From NCBI GenBank assembly GCA_000004985.1, contig GG738856.1: 64,000 nt of DNA; one strand, given 5' to 3'. Source of the DNA: Naegleria gruberi (Eukaryota). Below, piece after piece: positions 1-13,100 of the stretch. Each line of letters opens with the position of its first letter. Position 1 is the stretch's first letter. The notes beneath the pieces are model-generated. The model was not told the origin of the DNA. It searched no databases and saw only the letters and a program-made list of their open reading frames with translations. Both the position numbers and the translations under genes were made by a program.

Positions 1-698
1 TCAAAGCCTATCATTCAGCCGTGAAGAATGCTCACTTTGCCAAATTTATCACACAAGAAATTTATGAAACTTCTAAGAGTTTCTTCTTGGAAGAGATGAG
101 TAATATGGAAAAGGAAGAACAAGAGGAAATTAAGGTTGAGAATGAAAATAAGATTGCCATGGTAAATGATGACAAGACTCACTATCAAGAAAAGATGAAG
201 AGAGATATCAAGTCAAGCAAGAGAGAAACTTCCTGTGTTCAAATTATTCACATACTTTCTTATCTTATTCCTGCCACTTCTCAAGTTGAACAAAGAAGAA
301 AAGCAGTTGATTGGATTTTAGACGAATTATTGGCACCAAGACTTGTGCAATATCTCACACCAAATATTAACAATGCACTCTTGACAGCATTACTCCAATT
401 TGTAAAGTTGAGAATTGCCCTTAAGGCAGAAGATCCATCAGTTCTTGATTTGACAGAACAAAAGAGAGTCTTTGAATTGGCAATCTTCAACTTGGATCCA
501 AACAATAGACAAATTCATGTGAGACCAAATGCCTTCAATACTCTCAAGGATTTAATGACTCAGCTAGCAGATAATAATCTTTTATTAGATGAAACCAAAC
601 AATTCATTAGACAACAATTGAACGAAGATTTCTTGAAGAGAGTATTGGAACCACTTTTGCATGACCAAATTCAAAACTTTGCTAATACCAAACTTTAA
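1..698 (+). CDS. C-terminal fragment of an unidentified protein. The reading frame is open to the window edge and the 5' part lies outside the window.
   Basis: The ORF in the frame of 21..698 continues without a stop to position 1. It has no recognisable catalytic motifs. Ordinary codon usage supports it being coding. Confidence 0.4.
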   Translation, partial: KAYHSAVKNAHFAKFITQEIYETSKSFFLEEMSNMEKEEQEEIKVENENKIAMVNDDKTHYQEKMKRDIKSSKRETSCVQIIHILSYLIPATSQVEQRRKAVDWILDELLAPRLVQYLTPNINNALLTALLQFVKLRIALKAEDPSVLDLTEQKRVFELAIFNLDPNNRQIHVRPNAFNTLKDLMTQLADNNLLLDETKQFIRQQLNEDFLKRVLEPLLHDQIQNFANTKL

Positions 699-758
699 AC
701 CTTACATAAAGATGGAACTATTAAAACGTTCAAAATATAAGTAAAATAGTTAATAAAT

Positions 759-1990
759 TTATTTTTGTGGTTGTTCGAAGGATTTAACAACTCTCTTAAT
801 GATTCCAATACATTCTCTCAATTGTTCTTCAGTAATAACGAGAGGAGGAGCAAAACGAATGACATTGTCATGAGTTTGTTTGGCTAACAAACCATTTTCC
901 TTGAAAGCAGTACACAAATCATAAGAATTCTTTCCGTGCATCTTGGAGTGATTCATAACGAAGGCATTCAAGAGACCCTTTCCTCTAACTTGTTCAACAA
1001 TACCACCTTCATGAATGAGTTCACTACATTCTTGTCTGAAAATTTCACCAAGTCTAGCAGCATTTTCAATCATCTTTTCTTCTTGCAAAACTTCGAGAGC
1101 AGTCAAAGAAACAGCACAACCAAGTGGATTACCGCCATAAGTGGAACCGTGAGTACCTGGTTCAAAAACATCCATAACCTTACTATCAGCAAGAATACAA
1201 GAAACTGGGAAAACACCACCTGACAAGGCCTTACCTAAAATGACAATATCTGGCTTGTCACCATTCATTCTGTCAAATGCATAATCAGAACATAACATTT
1301 TACCAGTTCTTCCCAAACCAGTTTGAATTTCATCACAAATCAACAAGACATTGTGTTCCTTACACAATTGTTGAACTTGCTTAAGGTATCCTTCACCTGG
1401 AACACGAACACCAGCTTCACCTTGAATTGGTTCAATCAAGAATGCAGCAACATTCTTTCCAAACTTTTCCAATAATTCTCTCAAAGAATCAATATCATCA
1501 TACTTGGCAGTCAAAACACCTGGAATGAATGGACCGAAACCATCTCTAGTTTCATCAGAATCACTCAAACTGATAATACCAAGAGTTCTACCATGGAAAT
1601 TTCCAGAACAACCAATAATAATAGCTTCATTATCTGGAATACCCTTAACTTCATAACCCCACTTTCTGGCAGCCTTAAGAGCTGTTTCAACAGCTTCAGC
1701 TCCTGTATTCATTGGAAGAACCTTTTCATAACCAAATAATTTAGTGACATATTGAGCCCATTGACCGAAAACATTGTTATAGAATGCACGAGATGAGAGT
1801 GTGAGTTTTTGGGCTTGTGTAATGAGAGTTTGAATAATCTTTGGGTGACAGTGTCCTTGATTGACGGCACTGTAAGCTGAGAGGAAATCATAATATTTAC
1901 GACCTTCTGGATCTTGAACAACAACACCATCAGCCTTTTCAAAGACAACCTTCAATGGATGATAGCTGGATGTTGTGTAAGATTTTTGTT
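759..1990 (-). CDS. OAT: Ornithine aminotransferase, a class-III PLP aminotransferase. The extreme N-terminus is probably on a short upstream exon.
   Basis: The translation 'GRKYYDFLSAYSAVNQGHCHPKI...IPDNEAIIIGCSGNFHGRTLGIISLS...LICDEIQTGLGRTGKMLCSDY' matches OAT along its full length. The frame continues upstream of the track start as '...SSYHPLKVVFEK', which implies an acceptor near 1985-1990. Confidence 0.9.
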
Positions 1991-2722
1991 ATTCAATTAA
2001 TATTGCATTAATAAATATCATCATGATTCAATTCGGACATGAAACATTAAGTTAATCCAATCAATTTTAAATCCGAAAATCCGAAAATTATTGTTAATAA
2101 TTGATGAATGTAAATAATAATAATAACGAATGATGATGATGAATAACATGTTGCATAAATATAATTTAGATAAATATACTAAATTCCACCACTAATAGTA
2201 CATACTTGTGAGCAGAGAAATCGCTTTCCATCTTGATAACTTCTGCACTGTTCAACTTTTTAATATCATATTGGCATGAACGAAGGGTAGAAAATTCTCT
2301 TCTTATACTTCCGGTTGTTGTGCTCTTCAAAATTCTAAGTGCTTGTCTGTTCAACATATTTTGTGGTGGTGGAGAATTGTTTGATTTTTTTTAGAGTTTG
2401 CAGCAGTGGATTTTTTGGTCTTAATTGTGGCGTTTAATACTTGAGAGAACATAACAACAACTCAAATTCAATCTGTGTGAATGAAAAGTAAAATGTCAGA
2501 TAGAGTTGGAAAAAACACCTTGTTAGTAATGAATATTGGTTTATAACATTGTAACTGAGAGAATCATTTAGTAGAACCACGGATATTAAGTGACCTGACC
2601 AAATTGCAAAAGTTGACCTAACCATTGGAAATTAACGATCTGTTTTGAAAATGAGCGAATTATAATCTTATTGGTAATCATTTCTTTTTACATGCAATTT
2701 GGGTTTTATTGTAACTCAAAAT

Positions 2723-4816
2723 TTATTGATGTGTCGACTTGAAACTTTCCACAATCTTTTCAATTCGTTTCATCCACTCTTGTTTCTCACTTTCATTCTC
2801 AGCTCTTATAGCCCACTCTTTAATGTCATCTTCCTCAACTCTAATCTTATAAATTTTAAAACTATACTCCTTCTTTGGATAATCAACAAGTATTACATCC
2901 TTTCCAAAGTCAAATTGAGCTTCAAGCTTCTTTTTACAAATTTCATCATCCTCGAATAATAACAATTGGGTTGCAGTTAGAACAGCATACCTTCTTTTCC
3001 ATGATTTAACCTTTGTTCTTTTCGAAACAAATCCTTTCATTAATATTTGTGATTCATCGACGAGCCCATGTTGCTTGATCTTCTCTGGTTTCAGATCATT
3101 TCTCTCCTTTAACTTTTGGAAGAGAGGTTTCAACACCTCATCGTACTTTTCAATCATCAGGGCTATTATCCTTGTGCCCTTTGTTTGAAGAACAAGGTTG
3201 TTAGACAAGCTTGCTGAACCATCTTGGAATAGGTTTGGAGCAAAAATAATTGCAAGATTGTGTGCTGTCATTTGATTAACATCACTCTTTCTGTGAATAT
3301 TGTACAATAAGTGTAATAATCTATTAAGCAACAGGCAATTATAATATGGGATTATTGAAACATCAGAAAATAGTTTTGTCAGTTCTTTCATAATATCATC
3401 ATCCTTGTCCATTTGAAGCACTTTCTTGAAAACCTCAAATGATTCTGGTGTTAATAGCTTGGCTTGTCTGATATACTTTTTAGTCAGGCCAGTTATTACG
3501 TGAATGTTCAGAGTTCTTAAGTCTACAACCTTACCAGCATCCATCTTTTTAATTAATGCTTCCATTTCTTTCACATTACCTCCAATTCTGAACAATCCTT
3601 CTACGTTCATCTTTTCAGAGATTACAACCATCATTTCTTCAATGATAGCTGGAATTTCGTGTCCTAACTCACTCTTTCTCGACATTACTGTATTTAATTC
3701 CACACCAAATTCCTTACTATCTCCTCTTTTGAATAGTGTTGTGAAGAAATCCTTTGGAACTGTTCCATATCTTCCTCCTTTCATAAAATCATTTCTAATA
3801 CTTTTCTTTCGTTTAACCGAGACCCTTCTTGTGGAAGGTGATGTTGGCGATAATGTAGAATTGGAATCGAGATCACCACTGTTTTTTCTCGTATAGACAG
3901 GTGGTGAGCTGGTACTACTACTTGATTGAGTGACATTGCCTTCCTCATCGATGGTGCAAGTGATTCGTGAAGGTTCCAAAAACCTTCCCATGCTCAATCT
4001 GGCAGGTTGCTTGGTGGAATCATCTGTAGAGTTTGGAATATCTTCATACTCGGGTGTCTCCTCGTGATCACTTGCTGGAGTGGAATACTCTGGCTCACTG
4101 TCATACTCAGACATTGTACCAATAGATGATTTTGAAGGAGTTAGGATATCAAAGTTTTCATTGCCGAGATCATTGATATCTTTAGTATACTCTACTCCAC
4201 CATCTTCATCCTCTTGAAGTTCATCCATTTCTACTCCAGCTTGTTTAAGCAAATCTGAAAACTCCATCACTGAGTTACAACTCAAGTGCTTAGATCTCTT
4301 CTCAACTTTAGATAAGCTATTAGTCACCAGATCAGTGATATGGGCGTATGGTGTTTTGTGTACAAGTTGAGAAAATGGTGATAGTAATGGTGTTCCATCT
4401 TGGGGTGTTGTTTGATCTCCTTCTTGGTGTTGTTGTTCTTCTTCCACTGGCAAGGATGATTCAATATTTGGTTGAAAATCCTCTGTGCTTGTCTCTTCAT
4501 CAACAGAGGTGGTAAATTTCTCAATTTTGGCTGATTTTGGGCTTTGGATATTGGAAAAAGCTTCTTCTGAGTTGAATGATGGTACTGAAGGTGCTGATGA
4601 AGGTGTTTTTGTTGTTGTTTTTATATTGATTGAGCCATGTTTTTCTGAGAAGGAACCTCCTTGCTCATCTCGAATTAATTCATCAGGAGGTAGGGCTGTA
4701 AAGGGAGAATATCTTCTTGATCTTCTAGGCATTGAATTGAGGGCCTTCTCTTCTTCGGCATCCAGAATACTAGTATCATTATTTGTGGGAACTTCGGACA
4801 TGATGTGTTTGTACAA
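2723..4816 (-). CDS. RhoGAP-domain protein with a C-terminal PH domain and a long Ser/Thr/acidic low-complexity N-terminal region.
   Basis: RhoGAP signature 'GLFRIGGNVKEM...NQMTAHNLAIIFAPNLF'. PH-like segment 'LMKGFVSKRTKVKSWKRRYAVLTATQLLLFEDDE' at the C-terminus. Confidence 0.8.
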   Translation of the reverse strand: MYKHIMSEVPTNNDTSILDAEEEKALNSMPRRSRRYSPFTALPPDELIRDEQGGSFSEKHGSINIKTTTKTPSSAPSVPSFNSEEAFSNIQSPKSAKIEKFTTSVDEETSTEDFQPNIESSLPVEEEQQHQEGDQTTPQDGTPLLSPFSQLVHKTPYAHITDLVTNSLSKVEKRSKHLSCNSVMEFSDLLKQAGVEMDELQEDEDGGVEYTKDINDLGNENFDILTPSKSSIGTMSEYDSEPEYSTPASDHEETPEYEDIPNSTDDSTKQPARLSMGRFLEPSRITCTIDEEGNVTQSSSSTSSPPVYTRKNSGDLDSNSTLSPTSPSTRRVSVKRKKSIRNDFMKGGRYGTVPKDFFTTLFKRGDSKEFGVELNTVMSRKSELGHEIPAIIEEMMVVISEKMNVEGLFRIGGNVKEMEALIKKMDAGKVVDLRTLNIHVITGLTKKYIRQAKLLTPESFEVFKKVLQMDKDDDIMKELTKLFSDVSIIPYYNCLLLNRLLHLLYNIHRKSDVNQMTAHNLAIIFAPNLFQDGSASLSNNLVLQTKGTRIIALMIEKYDEVLKPLFQKLKERNDLKPEKIKQHGLVDESQILMKGFVSKRTKVKSWKRRYAVLTATQLLLFEDDEICKKKLEAQFDFGKDVILVDYPKKEYSFKIYKIRVEEDDIKEWAIRAENESEKQEWMKRIEKIVESFKSTHQ

Positions 4817-5160
4817 AATGATATACAGATAAGCTACAGTGCTAATGTTGATATTATCCTCAATATTTGTATTATATTAATGAATATATCCAATTATGTG
4901 AATTTTAATCTTTTTCTAATATTACAACAATGATGATTTTGTGGTGTGTTCGTTGATAAAAAACATGGACGAGTCAACAATAACGCTATTTTTTTACAGT
5001 TTGGATACCTTAATGATAAGAGTTAAGGATTGAGCAATGATGAATGCGCATTTTCATCCGAAAACGATTTTTGCCAACGTGATGTGAACAAAGCAACAAA
5101 CGGTTAGAAGTAATGTTGATTGCTATTAAAATAAAATAGAAATACAAAGGATGTGTGCAT

Positions 5161-7195
5161 TTATTCATCATCAATGAGGATGGCATCTTCATCAACGACA
5201 GCTTTGGAAACCTTAGTTGGATTAGTGTCTTCAGAGAGATTCTCTGAGACTTCTTCTCTCTTTCTCTTGAATTCGTTTCTTCTCTCTTCGAGCATTTTAC
5301 GTTGGATTTCTTGATCAGTTACACATACCAGAGCATTCTCGTCATCGTCTAAACTGATGGTTTCTGAGGATGATGTTGGGGCACTAGTAGAAGCAGCAGG
5401 AGTAGCAGCCTCTGTTGTTGATGTAGCATTATTTCCTCCATCCACACTGAAATCTTCCACTTCAATCTTTGTATTATTCTTTATAAAGACCTTCCATGTA
5501 ATGTCCTGTGAAAAATCTTCAACTAAGAGTTCAGTATTGTCAACAATACCCAACTCCTTAAGAGTCTTTTGTTGTCTCTTTTGAATACTTTCAATTTGGT
5601 TTTCCTCCAAGTCTTCACCACATTCATAAATGAGATCGTCATTGGCGAGGATAGATGGCTCAACTAGAGCAAGCTTAGATTTGAGAATATCTTCAACAAA
5701 TTTTTGTAATGACATCTTGTCACAATTTGCAACAACTGTCACCGAGTTGGATGAGCAAACATAGCAATTAGAATTTTTAGAGTCTTTTACAAGAGGGAAA
5801 ATGATGGTTTGTTTTCTGCTCTTTGTAATTGGTCTTTCCAAAATGTCAACCCACACACAATCCTTGATGTGGTTGACGTCTTCCTTTCCTTGATTTTCAA
5901 AAATACTCTTCATTGTTTTGAATGCTTCACATACCAAGAAACCTGAAACAATGGCATTGGTTGTTGCTATAGCAGGAACAATATTACCAGCCATTGACTT
6001 GATATCAAATTTGGAAGCAGGTGGGATGTGGAAATTGAAAGCTCTCAAATTAGATGCTGATGTGACCAAGACGAGTGCATCTTCATCGTCCTTATCGAAT
6101 GAAAGTGTTTGACCAGATTGATCACGTCTCTTTTTGAGAGCAATTACACTTTTCTTAAAGTTATCAACACATTCCCTGATGGTCCAAACTCTTTGTTCCT
6201 TAACACCAACCTTTTCAGTGGTGACAGTGCTTGCTGATTGTTCGAGCTTGGTAATGTATTCTTCAGTGAGTCCTTCTGGGACTTTTCCAGTACTCCACAC
6301 GTTCTTGTCCTTCATTTGTGACAATTCGATAATGTCAGAAACAAAGACCTTATTTAAAATCTTATTTTCAAAATCTTGGCTTTCCTTAAGAATTTCCTCA
6401 AATCCACTTGAAATATCATCACCTGGTGCAACAGCTCCGAACAAACGACTACAGAAATTATGAATTGAATTGTTGGAAATATCATCAGTAAGAGGATTAG
6501 AATAAATTAAATACACTTACTCGAATAACAATTTAGCCCAAACAACGCAGTGAATCATCTTTGAAGGATTGGATCTAATAGTACAAACAGCAAAAGTCTT
6601 TTCAGCATTTCTATTACCTCCACATTCATAGCATGCGGAATACCCCTTTTGATAGACCTTAGCTTGACCCAAATAACCAGCAGTACCACCATCAAAAAGT
6701 GGAACATTAGCTGCCAGACATAATCTATTGACATGTCTTCTGGCATCAATATTATCCAAAGCATTAATAACAATCTTGAATTGTTTAAAAAAGTCCAATC
6801 CATAATCTGAATGTTTGATATTTCCGTGATGGGCAATAATGTTACAGGCTGGATTAAATGTCAAGGCTGTTTCCTTGGCAATCTTTGATTTTGATTCTCC
6901 AACATGTTTTTGTCTAAAGAGGAATTGTCTGTTCAAATTACTAATATCAATAGTATCCAAATCAATCTATTTACATAGTAATAACACGAATTTTTTGGCA
7001 ATTAATTAATCAACACATCAAAATCCTTACAATTTCTATATTTTCAAATCCAGACAAGACAAGATTCTTCAATAATTCACATCCGATACCACCAGCACCA
7101 ACCACAAGAATTTTACTTGTTCTAATGAATTCAATCAAGCCTTCTCCGTAGATTAACTTGAGACCAGCATATCTATCACTAGTGTTTAGACTCAT
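5161..7195 (-). CDS. UBA2: SUMO-activating enzyme subunit 2 (UBA2/SAE2), three exons. Approximate structure: complement(join(5161..6448,6521..6966,7031..7195)), 633 aa.
   Basis: ThiF/E1 nucleotide-binding motif '[17 protein letters not shown]'. After splicing the sequence reads '[17 protein letters not shown]' and '[15 protein letters not shown]', which match human UBA2 exon for exon. Introns have GTAAGG/GTAAGT donors and 'aaatag'/'ctgtag' acceptors. The total is 1899 nt and in frame. Confidence 0.9.
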
Positions 7196-7534
7196 TTTTT
7201 GTGTAGCTGTTGTTCATCACGGAACAAGAATAATTGTATTAATAAAAAATTAAATAATTTGTGTGATGAAGAATTTTGTATGGTAGCTGGCAAGTAGAGA
7301 GTAATAAGGAGTTCATAAAGGAATACTAACAGGTATGGATAATTGGATAATGACTATTGGCTCACAATTTATCTTCTGTCCAATGAACAATAGAAATGGT
7401 TTGATTTTACGTTATTTAATTTCTTATTGAAGACACAAGAGAAAAAAATACAACCAAAAGAATTAGTGTGAGTGTTCTCATCATAATAACAATGGATTTA
7501 TTAATAGTAATATAATAATTTTAATAATAGTATC

Positions 7535-8421
7535 ATGTCCGCAACAAGCCCATTATCACCAGAACAACAACAATTGTTCCAACAATACATGAAGCAACAT
7601 AATTTGGATACCTTGTTCAATGACCTGACCAAGACTCTTGTCGAAAAACAACCTTTGGATCCTGTTCAATTCATGATTGAAGAATTGCAAAGAAAAGATC
7701 CAAAGAATCAATCTAGAAAGGTTGTCTTTGTTTTGGGTATGTGTTGGTGATTTTATTTCATTCCGAACTAACATCATTTACTCGCAAATTATTATTACCA
7801 TATTTTGTTATTCCATCATTATTTCATCTTCTTCATCATCACTGCAAAATTCAAAATAATAATAATAACAACAATAACAACAATATAGGAGGACCTGGTT
7901 CCGGTAAGGGTACTCAATGTGCCAGACTTGTTGAAAAGTATAAATTTGCTCACTTCAGTGCTGGTGATTTGTTGAGAGCTGAAACATCAAAGGATACCGA
8001 AGAAGGTAAAATGATTAGCAGTTACATCAAGGAAGGTAAAATTGTTCCTGGTGAAGTTACCATTGCTCTCTTGAAGAAGGCTATCATGAATCATGAAGAT
8101 CCAAACACTGTCTTCTTGATTGATGGTTTCCCTCGTGAAATGAAGCAAGCTGTCGATTTTGAAAGACAAATCTGCTTCTGTCAATTCGTTTTGTTCTTTG
8201 ATTGCCCAGAAGAAGTTTTGGAAAAACGTTTATTGGAAAGAGGAAAGACTAGTGGTCGTTCCGATGATAACCTCGAAAGTATCCAGAAGAGATTCCAAAC
8301 CTATATTAACCAAACTATGCCAGTTGTTACCTATTTCAGAGCATATAATAAGGTCAGAACTATTGACAGTTCCAAGTCTGTTGATTTGGTCTTTGAAGAT
8401 GTCTGCAAATTATTCGACTAG
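7535..8421 (+). CDS. UMP-CMP kinase (CMPK1-like) with an N-terminal Dpy-30/RIIa-like dimerisation-docking motif. Two exons, approximately join(7535..7736,7889..8421).
   Basis: The spliced product 'VVFVLGGPGSGKGTQC...FLIDGFPR...RGKTSGRSDDNLESIQKRFQTY' is near-identical to metazoan CMPK1. The N-terminal 60 aa ('LFNDLTKTLVEKQPLDPVQFMIEELQRKD') has the Dpy-30 motif pattern. The intron is 152 nt (GTATGT...ATATAG) and carries an (AAT/AAC)n run. Confidence 0.9.
7848..7886. repeat. (AAT/AAC)n trinucleotide microsatellite inside the UMP-CMP kinase intron.
   Basis: The sequence 'aataataataacaacaataacaacaat' lies immediately upstream of the 'atag' acceptor. Confidence 0.7.
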
Positions 8422-8474
8422 ATTTTGAGGAATATAAATTGTAATTTAAATTTTGTAATTTTAAGTACCTAGGT

Positions 8475-9834
8475 TTATTTTACAAGGAAGCTTTCTATTG
8501 GATAATCTTCTCCAGAGACAATATTGTAGTGTTTGCCTCTCGTTTGATTATGGTAAATGAATTCTAAACGTTTCACATTTTGTAAATTATTTTCATTTTG
8601 TAGAATGATATCTTTCTTTCCATGCATCTTTTCATTTAATTCAGTTCGTCCCTTTCTCTTCATTAGTGAATCATTGAAATTAGTCGAAATATTGATCGAA
8701 TCTTCAGCTGGCTTTAGTGTTACCCTCCCAAGATCTGAATTTGCCTTACTTTGGAGCACTTGACAAATAAATTATGTTATTCTATTCGAATATTTCTCCA
8801 ACAACTTACATTCTTTCCTTGTCACAGTATGCACCATAGCTCTATTTTGTTTGTCTTTCAATTGTTGACTACTTTTAGCAAATACACCATAATCATCCTC
8901 AGCATTCAATACTCCACTTCTGTATCCATTTTCAACCACTCTCATGAGCTTGAATTTTTGTCTTCGAACATCTCGACTCATCTTGAGGAATTCCTCTCTT
9001 TCTAGTTCTGCCTTATGGAGATTCTTCAATTGCCTTGGGCCAATTTGCTTGTTGAATCCTCCATCCTCATTGAAAATATTTTCTTCCTCTCCATGCAATT
9101 TGAGAGCTTTCCTCAATTCACTCTTTTCCAAATATTTCAATTCAGATTTCCTTGGCTTTCCATTCTTAAACTCTTCCCTAGAGAGGAGCATGACACTATT
9201 GTTTTTATCCCTTTCGTTCAAGGAAGAGAAAATCTTATCATCCTTACGATTCTTTTCTGAAACATCCTCTTCCTGTATTAAATAATCCTTAATGTATTGT
9301 TGGGCTGGTTTATCAAATTTCGACATTAATATTTCATTGAATGATCTTGTTATGGACGGCTTGTTCGATATCGACGACAGCATTCTCCCAGCTAATAGGA
9401 TCTCTCAGTGCCTTATTTTCCGATTTGAAATGTTTATAAAAGTCGACTCCTGATGTATCTGTTTCTAGAAGGGGTATTGGAAAATCAATATCATTCGGAG
9501 ATTGAGAAAATGGATAGGATCTTAATGGAGGAACCACCTTTGATTGATGGACTTGATGAAGAGGAGGTAGGGAATTATATACATGACCATTTTGAAAGAA
9601 CCTCATATCAGAGTTTTTTGATGCAGGCACTGCTCCAATATCATCTAAACCTGGAGAAGGAGTCTGCTGTTGTAGTTGATGTTGCAACAACGAGGGATGA
9701 TTTCCATATCGTTGAGCACTAATCACACTGTCCTTGTAATTCCTTATATTCGGAGAGATGGATCTCTTCACGAAGGCTTCAAATCCCTTTGGATTGGGTT
9801 TTGTCGTCGAGGTTTGATAGGAAGAGGGAGGCAT
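8475..9834 (-). CDS. Hypothetical Lys/Glu-rich protein, probably three exons (track ORFs 9334..9834, 8772..9383 and 8475..8759 on the same strand).
   Basis: Three consecutive same-strand ORFs with coding-like composition. The start at 9834 has an A-rich context. No recognisable domain. Exon junctions not resolved. Confidence 0.35.
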
Positions 9835-10102
9835 TCAATTTTTTTTCATATATTAAGAGATAACGTGAATAGATTTCAATAACTGCAACTGTAAATTTCC
9901 TGATTGGGACTGTTCTTGAGTGATGAGAATTGAAAAAAATTGAAATGTTAATTAAGGGATTTTCTATTCAATTGAATGAACTTAGCCTTGAAACAATTGA
10001 TTGTAATGAGTTCTTCTGTGAGTTGATGCTCATACGAATCTTTTATTAGAAGTTCTTTCACTGTGCTCTATTATTATCGATCTTCCTCAACAAGAAGAAA
10101 AA

Positions 10103-13100
10103 ATGGCCCAAGAACAAAAAGACAATCACGAAACCAATCATCATCAAGTAAATAGTGATGCAGCATCAGCAGCACAAGTATCGGGATCTTCTGAAAATAC
10201 AAGTGTGAGCAAGGCATCAGTGGCAACCACACAATTGTTCAATTCGGCTATTAATTCTTTTGTTTCTCAAATGGCAGGATCAAAGCCTTCTTCCGATCAA
10301 CAACCATCATCAAATAATAATAGTAATACTAATAGTAACATAACTGAACATTTTGTTGGTTTATCGAATCAAGGAGCGACATGTTATTTAAATTCATTGA
10401 TCCAATCATTGTACCATACACCAGAGTTTCGTCGAATGATTTTGGAGTGGAGATATAATCCTGATAAAGATCCAAGCAAGGAAAGATGTATTCCATATCA
10501 ATTACAAAGACTTTTTGCATATTTGGCTTTATCTAAACGTAAAGCAGTGCCAACTACACACTTGACTAAATCTTTTGGTACGTTATTTCAATCTAATCAG
10601 CTTGTTTTAATTATCATTTTCTTGATCAGGCTGGACACAATCGGATGCTTTCGTTCAACATGATGTACAAGAATTGAATAGAATTTTGTTCGATGCTATC
10701 GATGTATCATTAGCAACTGATAAATTATCTCAAGAAAACCCAATGGAAGGAAAACAAGAAATTGGCAAATTGGCTCACTTTGAAAATATTTTGATTAGTG
10801 AAATGTATAGTGGTATTATGATTGATTATATCGAGGCCAAGGATGAAAGAAGAGAAAATGGACAACCATACGGAAGAGTCAGAGAAGATCTCTATATGGA
10901 TTTGCAACTTGTTGTTCGTGGTATTTCATCAGTTGAAGAGGCTTTGGATTCTTATATTAAACCTGAAATTATGGATGGTGACAATCAGTGGATCTGTGAA
11001 GAATTACAAGACAAGAAAGTTGATGCAGTCAAGGGATTAAAGTTCAAGACTATTCCATACATTTTCACATTGCATCTCAAGAGATTTGACTATGACTACA
11101 CAACATGGAATAGAATCAAATTGGGTAACATGGTAACCTTCCCATTTGAACTCGATGTTTCTAAATATCTGGAGGATAACACTCAAAACGCAATATATGA
11201 ATTATTTGGAGTATTGGTGCACAGTGGTACTTCATCAGGAGGTCACTATTATGCCTACATCAAGAGTTTCTCCTCTGACAAGTGGTACAACTTTAATGAT
11301 AGTAATGTTTCTGAAATTGATAGAGAACAAGTGAAAGTAATGTTTGGTAACAATGACAGCTCTTCTACTGGTAGATTTGCCTCATCAACCAATGCCTACA
11401 TGCTTTTGTATCGTAAAAGGGATGAGAAATTGAATATTAATTCTGTTGACATGTCTATTATTCCAGAAGATTTGAAGGAAGAAGTTGAAAAAGATAATGA
11501 ACAAATTGAGGAGGAGGTCAGAAAGTCAGAGGAATTACGATCAAATATTACAATTAGAGTTAAATCAGAAAACCAACCAATCTTGAACTTGAGTGTAAAG
11601 AAGACAGATACAATGCAACAAGTTTTGGAAAAGGTGTATGAAGCCATGTCAAAAAGAGAGAATTTCTTTACTCGCTTCCATAATTGTAGATTAAGAAAGT
11701 ATGATATCATGAAACAAACCCCAACATCGTCATTCCAAAATCATGCAGATCAACCAATTTCAAGATTCTGTCATTTCAATGGAGCTTTAATTTATCTTGA
11801 GACTAAAGAATCTGACGAAGAATGGAAAGAAATTGCAGAAACCATTTCTGTTTATATCTGTCCTTTCAATCAAGATATTAATGAATTTGATCAACCAAGA
11901 TCCCTCAAAATAACAACAGTACAAACACTTGACGAAATCAAGATGAGAATAGAAGAAGAACTTCAAAGAGAAAAGTATCCTCATGAAAAAATTAATCTTG
12001 TAATTTCTAGAGGTGATGAAGTGATTATTTTCCACAATGAAGAGGAAAGATCCAAATCTATTGAATCTGGTTTGAATATTGCAAATACTGATCTTATTTA
12101 TGTGGAAGCATTGGAAGATCCACTCCAAAATGTTGAATCTAAAATCATTCAAAAATTGGAAGAAATGAAGTATTGTTTTGACATTTTGGTCAATACCATT
12201 GAAAGTCCAAACGATTATACAACCTCTGTAACTGTAGACAAGAGAACTACTGTTGGTGACTTGAAGAAGAAAATTGCAGATATGATGAAGGTAGGAGTAG
12301 ATGATTTCAGACTCTGTTCCAAGACTAGATTCCAACCAATTAAGGAGAATTTACTCATTTCTGAGTGTTCTGAAGTTTTTGAATATTGTCAGCTTCATGT
12401 TGAAAAGGGACAAGCTTTGAAGGATGGAGAATACATTATTCAACTCTATGTTCACTTACCTTGGCTTTCAGAACAACTTCCACAAGAATCTAGAACTGAA
12501 GTAGATATTAATCCTGACAAGATGGTAGCTGAGCCATCTCCAGATTGTCAAGTTATGACTTGCGAACCTCCACCATCATCAACTGCTCTTGTTTTGGCAG
12601 CAGAGAATGGACCAGTTTACAATCCATCTGTGAAGCTTTTGGATAGAATGAACAAGTTGAAGGAAGAAATGAGACTTGTCGATAAGGTTGTTATCAGTGC
12701 TCAAGAAACTTTGGGAAGTTTCAAACAAAGAATATTCGAAAAATACTTTTCCGATCCAGAATCTGACCAATTTGTCCCATTAGAGTTAATGAGATTGAGA
12801 ATGAAACTTGGAGTTTTCTTCCAAAAGATTTTGATCAATGACGAAAAGACATTGAAGGAAAATATTCCAGACCTTGCTAACAATAAGCAAATTGTTGTTC
12901 AATTTCTGGAAAAGCCAGAAAATTTGAAAGAAGGTGATTTGACTATCAAGGTTCAAAGGTGGCAACCATTATCTTGGAGTTTCTATGGAGGTTCAGATGC
13001 CAAATTTGAAGTAATTATTCCAAAGCAACAAGAACCACTCACACCTCAAGTATTCAGATCACTCATTTATAATGCCCTGAAGGATACTGTCTTGTCAGAT

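Noticed and set aside
936-1223. Antisense or overlapping short ORFs inside confidently assigned genes. Examples are 936..1223, 1709..1948, 3504..3896, 4485..4832, 5357..5584, 24376..24684, 31519..31800, 41981..42539, 58925..59323 and 63527..63925.
   Set aside because: They lie opposite to, or out of frame within, long ORFs with clear homology. They have low-complexity or odd composition. They are expected by chance in AT-rich coding DNA, so I treat them as non-coding.
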